NCBI GenBank assembly: GCA_041599235.1
Contig: JBFHWZ010000003.1
Coordinates: 1-41,630 of the forward strand
From: Candidatus Woesearchaeota archaeon
GTDB taxonomy: Archaea > Nanobdellota > Nanobdellia > Woesearchaeales > ARS49
Length of the DNA: 41,630 nt
Reading direction: 5' to 3'
The notes under the pieces are model-generated. The model was not told the origin of the DNA, searched no databases, and saw only the letters and a list, made by a program, of their open reading frames with translations. The translations under genes were made by a program, and so were the position numbers. The number at the start of each line of letters is the position of its first letter. The stretch's first letter is position 1. This document shows, piece by piece, positions 7,554 to 16,093 of this stretch.

Positions 7554-8607
7554 ACTGGAGTATTGACCATGCTTCTTTTCCTTGCAGTACCGTTCGTTCA
7601 TGGGTTTGTTTCAGCTTATATTTTTCAGCTGCTTTGATAAACAGTTCTTTTCCAGCTCTGAATACAACCGTTAGATTGCCCTTTTTTTTGAGAATAAATG
7701 CTGCTTGATTGCACAGTTCATCATAGTGTTGTTCGATTTTCTTCTCACTGATTTGTTTAGTCAGCTCTAAGGGCATAGTGACTATGCAGTCAACGCTTTG
7801 TTTTTTGAATTTAGTGTCCAGCCATTGCAAGTCTTGCCGACTAAACTGAATGTTTTTGTGCATGCCTGCTATTTTGGCGTTTTTTTGTGAGCTTTGCAGG
7901 CTTTTGAAGTTGTTGTCGATAGCATTAATCTTAGCTTGGGGGGTTGTGATTGCTTCATCAAGCTTTGCAAAATATGCATCAAAGTCAAAAGCATTGAATT
8001 TTTTCAGTTTTCTAAACAAGAATTTGTCTTTGTTGTAGTATTGTGGTGATTGGGCACTAGCAAAAAGCGCTGCTTCAATAGGAATCACGCCCGATCTGCA
8101 GACAGGATCAATAAGCAGTTTATCGTCTGTAAACTGTGCTAGGTGTAGTGCTGCAAATGCAGTGGTGCCCTTAAGTGCCTCTTTGCCAAGGAATATTCTG
8201 TAGTCGCGTTTGCTGAGATCCCCTGAAAAGTCAATGCAGAGCACGATATTCTTGTCTTCGAAGGCAACAAACTGCACATCAGGGTTCTTAAACTCCACTT
8301 TGCCAGGAATATGTTCGCCTAGCGCTGCTTCAAGTTCTTTGTTTTTGCTTTTGACCGTAAACGTTTTGTCAATCCATTCACTAAAATCTACTTTTTTTAG
8401 TTCTTCGGGCTTTGTTATTTCTGCAATGACAAAAAGTATGGTGTTGACTGAGCGTGCTTGATAGCAAACCAAAAACAAATCTTCAAATTTTTTGAACTCA
8501 AAAAAAACCTGCCCTTCGCCCGTTGTGGTTTTAACGTCGATTAAAGAAGTGATTTCATGGGCAGCAACATCTTCTATGCCGGTGTTAGTAACTGCTATGG
8601 CTTTCAT
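7528..8607 (-). CDS. THUMP-domain RNA methyltransferase homolog (Trm14/RlmL family), catalytic motifs degenerate
   Basis: [11 protein letters not shown]-terminus, [35 protein letters not shown]. Confidence 0.85.
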   Translation of the reverse strand: MKAIAVTNTGIEDVAAHEITSLIDVKTTTGEGQVFFEFKKFEDLFLVCYQARSVNTILFVIAEITKPEELKKVDFSEWIDKTFTVKSKNKELEAALGEHIPGKVEFKNPDVQFVAFEDKNIVLCIDFSGDLSKRDYRIFLGKEALKGTTAFAALHLAQFTDDKLLIDPVCRSGVIPIEAALFASAQSPQYYNKDKFLFRKLKKFNAFDFDAYFAKLDEAITTPQAKINAIDNNFKSLQSSQKNAKIAGMHKNIQFSRQDLQWLDTKFKKQSVDCIVTMPLELTKQISEKKIEQHYDELCNQAAFILKKKGNLTVVFRAGKELFIKAAEKYKLKQTHERTVLQGKEAWSILQFTPSVHNP

Positions 8608-11057
8608 TCTTCGCCATTCTCTGTTACTATTTTTGCTGCTGCAACAAGCTTGTCGCCTGTTTCAAGCTTCATGACGCGTACACCTTGGGTTGCCCTGCCA
8701 ATAACGCTGATGCTTCGCGCTGGAATCCTGATAATAATGCCGTTTTGGCTGATCAGCATAAGGTCTTCTTTGTCAGTAACAGCCCGCACAGTAACCACCG
8801 TACCATTTTTCTCTGTGATTTTGATGTTCGTGACCCCAACACCGCCCCTGCTGATGAGTCGGTATTCGTCAATGGCTGTGCGTTTGCCATAGCCTTTTTC
8901 TGTTACCGTAAGCAGGGTCTTGTCTGCTTCTGCAACGACCATACCCACCACTGCGTCTTTGCCTTTAAGCTTAATGCCGCGCACCCCATACGCTGTCCTG
9001 CCCATGGGCCTGACATCTTTTTCATTAAAGCGCACTGCCATGCCTTGTTCTGTTGCAATAATCACATCTTGATTGCCGTCAGTGTGCACGACTGTCACTA
9101 ATTCGTCATCTTCAGGATTGCCAATGGCTTTGATGCCGCCCCGTCGGGGATTGGCAAACTCTGCAAGGCTTGTTTTTTTGATAATGCCTTTTTTGGTGAC
9201 CATCATGAGGTATGCATGCGGGTCAAAGGTGCTGACAGGAATAAAGGTGTTGACTGTTTCGTCTTGTTCAAGCTGCAGGAGGTTGACTGCTGCTGTTCCG
9301 CGCGCATATCTGCTTGCTTCGGGCAGTTGATAGACTTTGAGCCAGTGGATCTTGCCTTTGTTGCTGAAGAAAAGTATGTAGTCGTGCGTGTTTGCTGAGA
9401 AGACATGCTCAACAAAGTCTTCTCCTTTGGTTTCTGTTGCTTTGATGCCTTTGCCGCCTCTGCGCTGTGCTTTGTACGTGTCAAGGGGCAGGCGTTTCAC
9501 ATAGCCTGCGTGGGTTATGGTCACGACCATTTGTTCTGGTTTGATCAGCTCTTCTGCTTCAAAACGCGTTGTTTCTATTTCAAGTATCTGTGTTTTTCGC
9601 TCATCGCCATACTGAGACACTAATTCAGCCATTTCGTCTTTGATAATGCCCAGTATTTTTTGTTCTGAAGCAAGAATGGTTTTAAGTTCTGCTATGAGCT
9701 TGAGCAAGTCTGCATGGTCTGCGCGTATTTTATCCTGCTCTAAACCAGTAAGTTTTTGCAAGCGCATTTCAAGAATTGCTTGCGCTTGTTTGTCAGTGAG
9801 CTTATAGTCTTGGATAAGTCCTTGTTTTGCTTCTTGCGCGCTTTTGCTCTTCTTAATCAAGGCCACAATAGGGTCTATATTATCAAGCGCAATAATCAGT
9901 CCTTCTAAGAGATGTGCTTTAGCTTCTGATTGCCTGAGGTCATATGCTGTTCGTTTTCTGACAATAACTTGTCGGTGCGTGATAAATTCTTGCAGCAAGT
10001 CTTTGAGCGCAAGCACTTTTGGCTCATTGTCCACTAAGGCCAGTTGAATGACGCCAAAGGTTGTCTGCAGTCGGGTGTGTGAGTATAATTGGTTCAAGAG
10101 CACGTCAGTGTTGGCGCCGCCTCTGAGTTCCATGACAATGCGGATGCCGTCTTTGTTTGATTCGTCGCGTAAATCAGAAATGCCGGTGATCTTTTTGTTT
10201 CTGACCAGTCCTGCTATTTCTTCAATCAGCTGGGACTTGTTGACTTGATAGGGAATTTCAGTTATGATGATGCGCGTTTTCTTCTTTGTTTCTTCAACAG
10301 CTGCTGTTCCTCTGAGCGTTATCTTTCCCCGTCCTGTTTTGAATGCATCCTGAACGCCTTTGGTGCCGCAGATAATGCCGCCAGTGGGAAAGTCAGGTGC
10401 AGGAACTGCTTTCATAAGTTCTTCAGTGCTTATGTCTGGCTTGTCAATAAGGTGCATAACTGCATTGCATACTTCTTTGATGTTATGCGGCGGAATATTG
10501 GTTGCCATGCCGACGGCAATGCCTGAGCTGCCGTTGATTAAGAGCTGCGGCGCTTTGGAGGGCAATACTGATGGTTCTTCAAGCGAGCCGTCAAAGTTAG
10601 GCACAAAAGCCACTGTTTCTTTGTCAATATCCTGCAGGAGCTCTTCAGCGAGCTTGTTGAGCTTAGCTTCTGTGTAACGCATTGCTGCTGCATTGTCACC
10701 GTCGATGCTGCCAAAGTTTCCTTGGCCATTGATTAAGGGATAGCGTAATGAGAAATCTTGTGCCATACGCACTAAGCTGTCATATACTGCCGTATCGCCA
10801 TGCGGGTGGTATTTACCAAGTACTTCTCCAACAATTCTGGCGCTTTTCTTGAAGGGTTTGTTGTGAAGCATACCCATATCATACATGGCATAGAGAACTC
10901 TCCTGTGAACAGGTTTAAGGCCATCTCTGACATCAGGCAGTGCGCGGCCTACAATGACGCTCATACTGTAGGCTAAGTATGAGCTTTTCATCTCATCCTC
11001 AATCACGCGAGGAATGATTTTTTCTGTAGGTTGTACTGCTTTTGTTTCGTCTGGCAT
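8604..11057 (-). CDS. gyrA: DNA gyrase subunit A
   Basis: [22 protein letters not shown], catalytic AAMRYTE, GyrA-box QRRGGKG, beta-pinwheel repeats. Confidence 0.99.
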   Translation of the reverse strand: MPDETKAVQPTEKIIPRVIEDEMKSSYLAYSMSVIVGRALPDVRDGLKPVHRRVLYAMYDMGMLHNKPFKKSARIVGEVLGKYHPHGDTAVYDSLVRMAQDFSLRYPLINGQGNFGSIDGDNAAAMRYTEAKLNKLAEELLQDIDKETVAFVPNFDGSLEEPSVLPSKAPQLLINGSSGIAVGMATNIPPHNIKEVCNAVMHLIDKPDISTEELMKAVPAPDFPTGGIICGTKGVQDAFKTGRGKITLRGTAAVEETKKKTRIIITEIPYQVNKSQLIEEIAGLVRNKKITGISDLRDESNKDGIRIVMELRGGANTDVLLNQLYSHTRLQTTFGVIQLALVDNEPKVLALKDLLQEFITHRQVIVRKRTAYDLRQSEAKAHLLEGLIIALDNIDPIVALIKKSKSAQEAKQGLIQDYKLTDKQAQAILEMRLQKLTGLEQDKIRADHADLLKLIAELKTILASEQKILGIIKDEMAELVSQYGDERKTQILEIETTRFEAEELIKPEQMVVTITHAGYVKRLPLDTYKAQRRGGKGIKATETKGEDFVEHVFSANTHDYILFFSNKGKIHWLKVYQLPEASRYARGTAAVNLLQLEQDETVNTFIPVSTFDPHAYLMMVTKKGIIKKTSLAEFANPRRGGIKAIGNPEDDELVTVVHTDGNQDVIIATEQGMAVRFNEKDVRPMGRTAYGVRGIKLKGKDAVVGMVVAEADKTLLTVTEKGYGKRTAIDEYRLISRGGVGVTNIKITEKNGTVVTVRAVTDKEDLMLISQNGIIIRIPARSISVIGRATQGVRVMKLETGDKLVAAAKIVTENGEE

Positions 11058-11113
11058 AGTATTTTTTCGACGAGAAAATAGCCTTTTCTCCTCTATACTG
11101 AAAGACGCTGTTC

Positions 11114-11121
11114 TTTATAAA
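11114..11121 (-). promoter_or_regulatory. TATA box of gyrA
   Basis: ACAACA-TTTATAAA on the minus strand. Confidence 0.7.
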
Positions 11122-11182
11122 TGTTGTGTTTGAATTTGGGCTCTAGAAGGCTTCTAAAGGCTTAATTTGAGGGTTTCAGCCT

Positions 11183-11329
11183 TTAGTGGATTCTGCTTAT
11201 GATGTGGTTTTTGACCCGGAAGTTTCTGCCACAGTACACGCAGCTTTTGCTTTTGGTTGTCAGAATAGTGTCTCTGGACTGATATTTTTGATTGTGCTTG
11301 CACTTAGGGCATTTAAGCACAAACATCAT
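11183..11329 (-). CDS. Small Zn-ribbon protein, 48 aa (DUF1922-like)
   Basis: Manual translation MMFVLKCPKCKHNQKYQSRDTILTTKSKSCVYCGRNFRVKNHIISRIH has two CxxC motifs; ATGA overlap with the scpB stop; below the ORF-track cutoff. Confidence 0.85.
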   Translation of the reverse strand: MMFVLKCPKCKHNQKYQSRDTILTTKSKSCVYCGRNFRVKNHIISRIH

Positions 11330-12639
11330 TCTGATGCCTCGTCAGGAGCTGGCTTTTCTTCTTCAGCAGAAGCTGCAGATTGCGCTTTTTTGCTTTTCTT
11401 AGGCTTCTTCTCAGGAGGCTTTTCAGGAGCTGGCCGTAATTCTTCTATGGGCCTGATTTCTTCTGGCTTGCCTTTTGGATACACAATTTCTTCTGCACGC
11501 TGCTCAATTTGTTCTTCAAAGGTTTTAGGAATTTTCAAGGGCTTGCCTTCTTTTGGTGGTCCTTTGGGTTGCGCTTCTGCAGCAGCTTTTTTGATGCTTT
11601 CAGGAGTCATACGTTTTTCAGGCTCTTCAGCTGGAGCAGGCGCTTCCTCTTTTGGCGTTTCTGCATCCTCGGGCGTTTCTGCTGGCTTTTCTGCTTTTTC
11701 AGCAACAGACACGGCTGTTTTGACTGCTGGAGTTTCTGCTGGCTTTTCTTCTTCAGCAGGTTTCTCTTCAGGAGCTTCTGTCTTCTCAGGAACGTCTGCT
11801 TTTTCTTCAGGTTTCTCTTCTGGAGCTTCTTCAGTTACTTCTTCTGCGGTTTCTTCTGCTGTTTTTTCTGCAGCTTCTTCGAGTTCAGGTTTTTTTGCTT
11901 TTTTCCTGTGTTTTTTCTTCTTTTTCTTGTGCGGTTTGCCATGCAGATGCTCTGGTTCGCCATACACTTCAAGCTCGCCAACAGTTGTTTTTGCTTCCTC
12001 TAAGGGCGGCGTAATAGTTTCATCGTATTTCTCAATAACACCGTAGGTGTCAAGCTCGCCTGATGCTGTTTCAACCTTTTCAGGTGGCTGTGCAGCAGCT
12101 TGTTTTTCTTCCATTTCTTCTTCTTTTTTCTCAATGACTTTTTCAAGGTCTTTGTAGCCTTTGAACTTGGCTTTGAGCGCTTCTGGGGGGATGTCAAAGT
12201 ATTCAAAGAATTTCTGGGTGAGCTTGATGAGTTTTGTTCTGCCTTTTTTCTCTCGGGTGATATACCCAAGTTCTTCGAGCTGCTCAAGATGCGCGTAGGC
12301 TTTGTTGGTTCTGATCTTGATAACCAAGCTTTGCAGCACCGGTGCTTTGAAGGCAACCACAGCAAGTGTTTCAAGGATTGTTTTGGAAAGCTCTGTTTGG
12401 GTCACGATCTTGCTCACAAACGGCAGGTAGCTTTCGCGCACTTGCAGTTTCCAGGCAGGGCCCTCTTCGATAAGCATGATGCTGCTTTTTTTCTCTTCAA
12501 GCTCTGCCTTGAGCTCATAGAGTGCTTGCTTTATGCGTTCAAGGTCGCGCTCTCTGACAAGCTTGCCTAGCTCTTCGAGAGTGAGCTTTTTGCCTGAGGC
12601 AAACAGCACGCTTTCAAGGCGTTTTTTCAGTTCGCTCAT
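11326..12639 (-). CDS. scpB: SMC-Scp complex subunit ScpB with a long low-complexity C-terminal tail
   Basis: LESVLFASG, ELSKTILETLAVVAFKAPVLQS, LTQKFFEYF; the ~290-aa remainder is mostly E/K/P/A-rich. Confidence 0.92.
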   Translation of the reverse strand: MSELKKRLESVLFASGKKLTLEELGKLVRERDLERIKQALYELKAELEEKKSSIMLIEEGPAWKLQVRESYLPFVSKIVTQTELSKTILETLAVVAFKAPVLQSLVIKIRTNKAYAHLEQLEELGYITREKKGRTKLIKLTQKFFEYFDIPPEALKAKFKGYKDLEKVIEKKEEEMEEKQAAAQPPEKVETASGELDTYGVIEKYDETITPPLEEAKTTVGELEVYGEPEHLHGKPHKKKKKKHRKKAKKPELEEAAEKTAEETAEEVTEEAPEEKPEEKADVPEKTEAPEEKPAEEEKPAETPAVKTAVSVAEKAEKPAETPEDAETPKEEAPAPAEEPEKRMTPESIKKAAAEAQPKGPPKEGKPLKIPKTFEEQIEQRAEEIVYPKGKPEEIRPIEELRPAPEKPPEKKPKKSKKAQSAASAEEEKPAPDEASE

Positions 12640-13187
12640 GGTAGTTTGTACGTATCGTCCTCTTTTATCAGCCTGTTGTCTTTAACAAGATTTTTCAGGA
12701 ACGCAAGAAGTTCGTGCTTTTTGACGCCGCACAGCTCAGAAAGGTCAGTGAGTGATTTTGGTTCTTTGCAGGCGTAGAGAATAAAGTTGTTAAACACCGC
12801 AGTGACGTTCTTGTCAAGCACTGATTTTTGTGCTCTGACGGTCTTCACGACCATGTCTGCTTCATGCAGTCTGCCTTGCAGGTCATTGAGGAAGTGCGAA
12901 AGTTCATTGGTTACAAAATTAAGCTGCTCTGGTGCAAGGATTTCAATGCTGCTGGGCATTGAGTCAAAGCAGAAGTCAAGCAGTTCTTTTGGTTTTTCAA
13001 ACGTGATTTCAAGCTCAACAAAGGCGCTGAACAGCTGTTCTTGTTGTTGGGCTTCTTCAAAGTGCTCTGAGGTTATCTTCAGGCCGTCTTTTTTGAGTTT
13101 TGCAACATAGTTTTTGAGGGTTTCCTCTATGTAGTCTTTGGGTGCTCCCAGCATCTCCAGTATGGCTCGTACTTGTATTGGCTGCAT
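12636..13187 (-). CDS. Conserved-looking archaeal hypothetical protein with a C-terminal winged helix
   Basis: EMLGAPK, FSAFVELEI, MPSSIEILAP, LNDL core, then an HTH-like KSLTDLSELCGVKKHELLAFLKNLVKDNRLIKEDDTY; ATGA-coupled to scpB. Confidence 0.8.
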   Translation of the reverse strand: MQPIQVRAILEMLGAPKDYIEETLKNYVAKLKKDGLKITSEHFEEAQQQEQLFSAFVELEITFEKPKELLDFCFDSMPSSIEILAPEQLNFVTNELSHFLNDLQGRLHEADMVVKTVRAQKSVLDKNVTAVFNNFILYACKEPKSLTDLSELCGVKKHELLAFLKNLVKDNRLIKEDDTYKLP

Positions 13188-13226
13188 ATCGATAATAAAG
13201 AAGGCAAAATGGTTTTAAATGTTTTG

Positions 13227-13739
13227 TTACTGCATGGCCTTTTGGAGGTTGACAAGCATGTATCGGTAGAGGCCGCCTCGAATATCGGGCTTCATCACCC
13301 CGTCGACCTCAATAACTGCATCTTTGTATTTTCTGCTGTCTCTGAAGGCTCTGAGGTACTGGCGGTAGAGCGCAGTCGGGCTTTCAAATTCGTTGCGCAC
13401 AACCCAAACAGGGGCACCATCCTTATTGGTGCATGAGTCATAGAGGTGCTCTGCAAAAAACCAGAAGGTTGGCTTGCATACTTTTTGGAGCTCTATGCCT
13501 GTTGTTGTTTTTCGCACACCGCACCTGCGCGCCATTTTAAGCAGTGGAGTGAAAAAATCAGGTGATGCTGGGTACTCTTGCCCTCCATTGTCTTTGTAGA
13601 TTACAGAAAAATCAGCAGTAACTGCCTGAAAAAACAATGCTTTGTACAGTTCGTAGGCCGCATCTTCAAGCTGGCCTGTCTTAATAAGCCCCCTGATTTT
13701 AGGAACAAAGGTCTTAATATCCTCTTCAAGCGTCGCCAT
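13227..13739 (-). CDS. Hypothetical protein
   Basis: 170-aa ORF with ATG start and an upstream TATA-like TTATATA; no family recognised. Confidence 0.7.
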   Translation of the reverse strand: MATLEEDIKTFVPKIRGLIKTGQLEDAAYELYKALFFQAVTADFSVIYKDNGGQEYPASPDFFTPLLKMARRCGVRKTTTGIELQKVCKPTFWFFAEHLYDSCTNKDGAPVWVVRNEFESPTALYRQYLRAFRDSRKYKDAVIEVDGVMKPDIRGGLYRYMLVNLQKAMQ

Positions 13740-13867
13740 TAAGGAAAACTATAGCAGTGCAAGAGGTATATAATGCTTATGGAGCTGCACTTCAGCAATT
13801 CACCATTATCCAATAGTGCTAAAAGTTTTTAATAGTATTTTTAGACCAGACACTACGGGTGGTAGGA

Positions 13868-14437
13868 ATGGCATTTGGATTCTTAAAAAAGAAAAAGGCC
13901 GTGGAAGAAGAGCTAGAGCTCCCTCCGCCGCCAAAACCGCCAGAGGCAATGACGTTTGATTCAGAAATACCCCCGATACGTGCAGACGATGATGACGCTG
14001 AACAACCTGCTTTTCCAGAGTTCAAGCTTGATCAGGAAGAGCCAGAAGAGGCTGAACTGCCAGAAGAAGAGCTTCCTGAAGCGCCTGTTAAAGCGCTTGA
14101 CAAAAAGCCCAGCATCATCCCGCCAGAGCTCAAAACACCTGAGCTACCAAAACCAAAAGTATTTGATAAAACAATAACTGAAGAACTGTCCCGCGAGACA
14201 GTCATTGAAAAGCCAGAAGTCAAGCCCTTGTTCGTCGCTGTCGATGACTATAAAAACGTCATGAGCAATACCAATGTCATCCGCGCTAAATTATTAGAAG
14301 CAGAGGAATATATCCAGCGCCTTGCTGACTTGAAAATCGAGGAAGAGAAAGCATTTGCGCGCTGGAAAAAACAATTAGAGTCAGTTGAAAAGAAATTAAC
14401 GTATGTTGACGCAGTCATAACTAAAGCACAAGGGTGA
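13868..14437 (+). CDS. Hypothetical protein: Pro/Glu-rich N-terminus and C-terminal coiled-coil domain (paralog 1)
   Basis: PLFVAVDDY motif then a heptad helix; SD-like GGTGG before ATG 13868. Confidence 0.85.
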   Translation: MAFGFLKKKKAVEEELELPPPPKPPEAMTFDSEIPPIRADDDDAEQPAFPEFKLDQEEPEEAELPEEELPEAPVKALDKKPSIIPPELKTPELPKPKVFDKTITEELSRETVIEKPEVKPLFVAVDDYKNVMSNTNVIRAKLLEAEEYIQRLADLKIEEEKAFARWKKQLESVEKKLTYVDAVITKAQG

Positions 14438-14442
14438 ACCGC

Positions 14443-14670
14443 ATGGATCAAAAAGCACCAGTATTTGTCAAAATTGAAGATTACCGGGACATTATTGATT
14501 TGATTTCCTTAATTAAGGACAAGCTCAGGCAATCACGTTTCTTACTGGATAAAATAACGGAATTGAAAAACCAAGAAGAGGCTGAACTGGAAAGTTGGCA
14601 AAGAGAACTACAAGACGTCGAAAAAAGAGTAAGCGAAGTCGACCGAGCCCTGTTCGAGCCCGAGCTGTAA
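14443..14670 (+). CDS. Small coiled-coil protein (paralog 2)
   Basis: PVFVKIEDY motif then a heptad helix; SD GGGTGA. Confidence 0.88.
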   Translation: MDQKAPVFVKIEDYRDIIDLISLIKDKLRQSRFLLDKITELKNQEEAELESWQRELQDVEKRVSEVDRALFEPEL

Positions 14671-15008
14671 AAGAAGCGTTTTTTGTGGGCATCAAAGACC
14701 CCATGGAAGTGCGCAAAGAACTCCTGCTCGGCTCAAAGGACCTCATCACAAGCTTGAAAAAGTATGATGAGTTTGTACACTTGCGCGAAGCTAAGCAAAA
14801 GTACATAGAAGAGCTCAAAATAGTCATGGATGAATTGCTTGTTCTGAACAAACGCTTGCGAACGCACTTGCCAAAGACTCCTTTGAAAGGGCCACGTGTA
14901 GTGCGCAAGGTTGAACCCCCTAAAAAGCCCAAGTCTCCAAGAGATCAACTGGACGTGCTCGAAAGAGAATTGTCACGAGTCGAGTCTCGGCTGCAAGCAC
15001 TGGAATGA
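14595..15008 (+). CDS. Coiled-coil protein (paralog 3), start uncertain
   Basis: AFFVGIKDP motif, long helix, C-terminal LERELSRVESRL helix; the TTG start overlaps the previous gene by 76 nt. Confidence 0.78.
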   Translation: MAKRTTRRRKKSKRSRPSPVRARAVKEAFFVGIKDPMEVRKELLLGSKDLITSLKKYDEFVHLREAKQKYIEELKIVMDELLVLNKRLRTHLPKTPLKGPRVVRKVEPPKKPKSPRDQLDVLERELSRVESRLQALE

Positions 15009-15090
15009 TTCTATAAGAACCCCTGTAACTGCGCGGAGCGCCTGAACTGCTGCAAGTTTTATAAATCAGCAAAGACTCCCAACGTCATTC

Positions 15091-15203
15091 GCGGAGGTTC
15101 CCGAGTGGCCAAAGGGGATGGCCTCAAGCGCACACTTGCCACAGTTGTTGTGGTGAAAGCCATTGACTTAGTGTCTTCGCAGGTTCAAATCCTGCCCTCC
15201 GCA
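15091..15203 (+). tRNA. tRNA-Leu(CAA) with a 29-nt intron at 37/38 (15129-15157)
   Basis: Acceptor GCGGAGG/CCTCCGC+A73, anticodon stem ATGGC/GCCAT interrupted after CTCAAG, long variable arm, GCAGG-TTCAAAT-CCTGC; TATA at 15058-15065. Confidence 0.9.
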
Positions 15204-15205
15204 TC

Positions 15206-15880
15206 ATGAAACTCAAAGATAAAGTGGTGTTAGTAACTGGCTCCAGCAGGGGCATTGGCTGCGAAACAGCCAAGGCATTTGCCGAAAAAGGAGCAACTGT
15301 TATTATCACGTATAACAAAACCAAAAAAGGTGCTGAAAAAACAGCTCAGGCCTGTGCAGATGCATTACTGGTACAGCTTGATGTGAGCAATGAAAGCTCT
15401 ATCAAAAAAGCTGTTACTAAAATCATTGAACAATACGGCAGGCTCGACATCTTGGTGAACAATGCAGGTGTGCTTGCATGGAAACCGTTCAAAAAGCATT
15501 CTTCAAAAGATATTGAGTGGCAGGTTGACGTCAATCTCACGGGCTTGATGAAAATGACCCATCATGCCTTGCCCTATTTGCAAAAGCAAAAAGAAGCTAT
15601 GATCATCAACATCTCTAGTGTTGGCGGCATTGCTGCGTTTCCTAACGCGGCAGTGTATTGCGCTACTAAATTTGGCGTTAGGGGCTTCACCCAAGGCCTT
15701 GCTTTGGAATTACCCAAGAGAATAAAAGTATTTACTGTCTGTCCTGGCTTGACAGCAACGCACATGACCGACTATCAAGGTGTGCACCCAAGCAAAGTTG
15801 CAGATGTTATTGTCAGAACTGCTGAAGAGAAGTTACGGAAAAAGCCTGGCGCTGATGTAGTTGTGCCTGATTACGTGTAG
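15206..15880 (+). CDS. Short-chain dehydrogenase/reductase (SDR)
   Basis: TGSSRGIG, NNAG, NISS, catalytic YCATK. Confidence 0.96.
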   Translation: MKLKDKVVLVTGSSRGIGCETAKAFAEKGATVIITYNKTKKGAEKTAQACADALLVQLDVSNESSIKKAVTKIIEQYGRLDILVNNAGVLAWKPFKKHSSKDIEWQVDVNLTGLMKMTHHALPYLQKQKEAMIINISSVGGIAAFPNAAVYCATKFGVRGFTQGLALELPKRIKVFTVCPGLTATHMTDYQGVHPSKVADVIVRTAEEKLRKKPGADVVVPDYV

Positions 15881-15881
15881 C

Positions 15882-16061
15882 ATGAAAAAAGATCTTGCAA
15901 TACTGGCAGATATGGTGGCAATACCATTTTGGATCATCCTCATACTCTATTCTGCATATCAAATAAGTGCAGGAAACCAGAGTTTCTGGCCCGTGTTGGT
16001 TGTTATTGCTGCAGCGCTTATTGCTGATACCTTGCTTGTTATCCACGCAAAAAAGAAATAA
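15882..16061 (+). CDS. Small 2-TM membrane protein, 59 aa
   Basis: ATG 1 nt after the SDR stop; two hydrophobic segments. Confidence 0.65.
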   Translation: MKKDLAILADMVAIPFWIILILYSAYQISAGNQSFWPVLVVIAAALIADTLLVIHAKKK

Positions 16062-16093
16062 CCTTTTTATACCCCTTTCATTCTGGAGGCTGT

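Noticed and set aside
11560-11900. Repetitive TTCTTC/CAGG-rich tract as a CRISPR array or tandem repeat
   Set aside because: No fixed repeat-spacer period; it is codon repetition from EEKP/AEE peptides
11186-12046. 286-aa + strand ORF rich in Ser/Ala/Gly/Phe (also 11509-12003)
   Set aside because: Antisense shadow of the low-complexity Glu/Lys/Pro tail of scpB; no promoter or family signal
15124-15158. Reading the intron-containing tRNA as tRNA-Ser(TGA) or a suppressor
   Set aside because: Acceptor stem and A73 are identical to the other tRNA-Leu, and CAA-G37 fits Leu with a canonical 37/38 intron position
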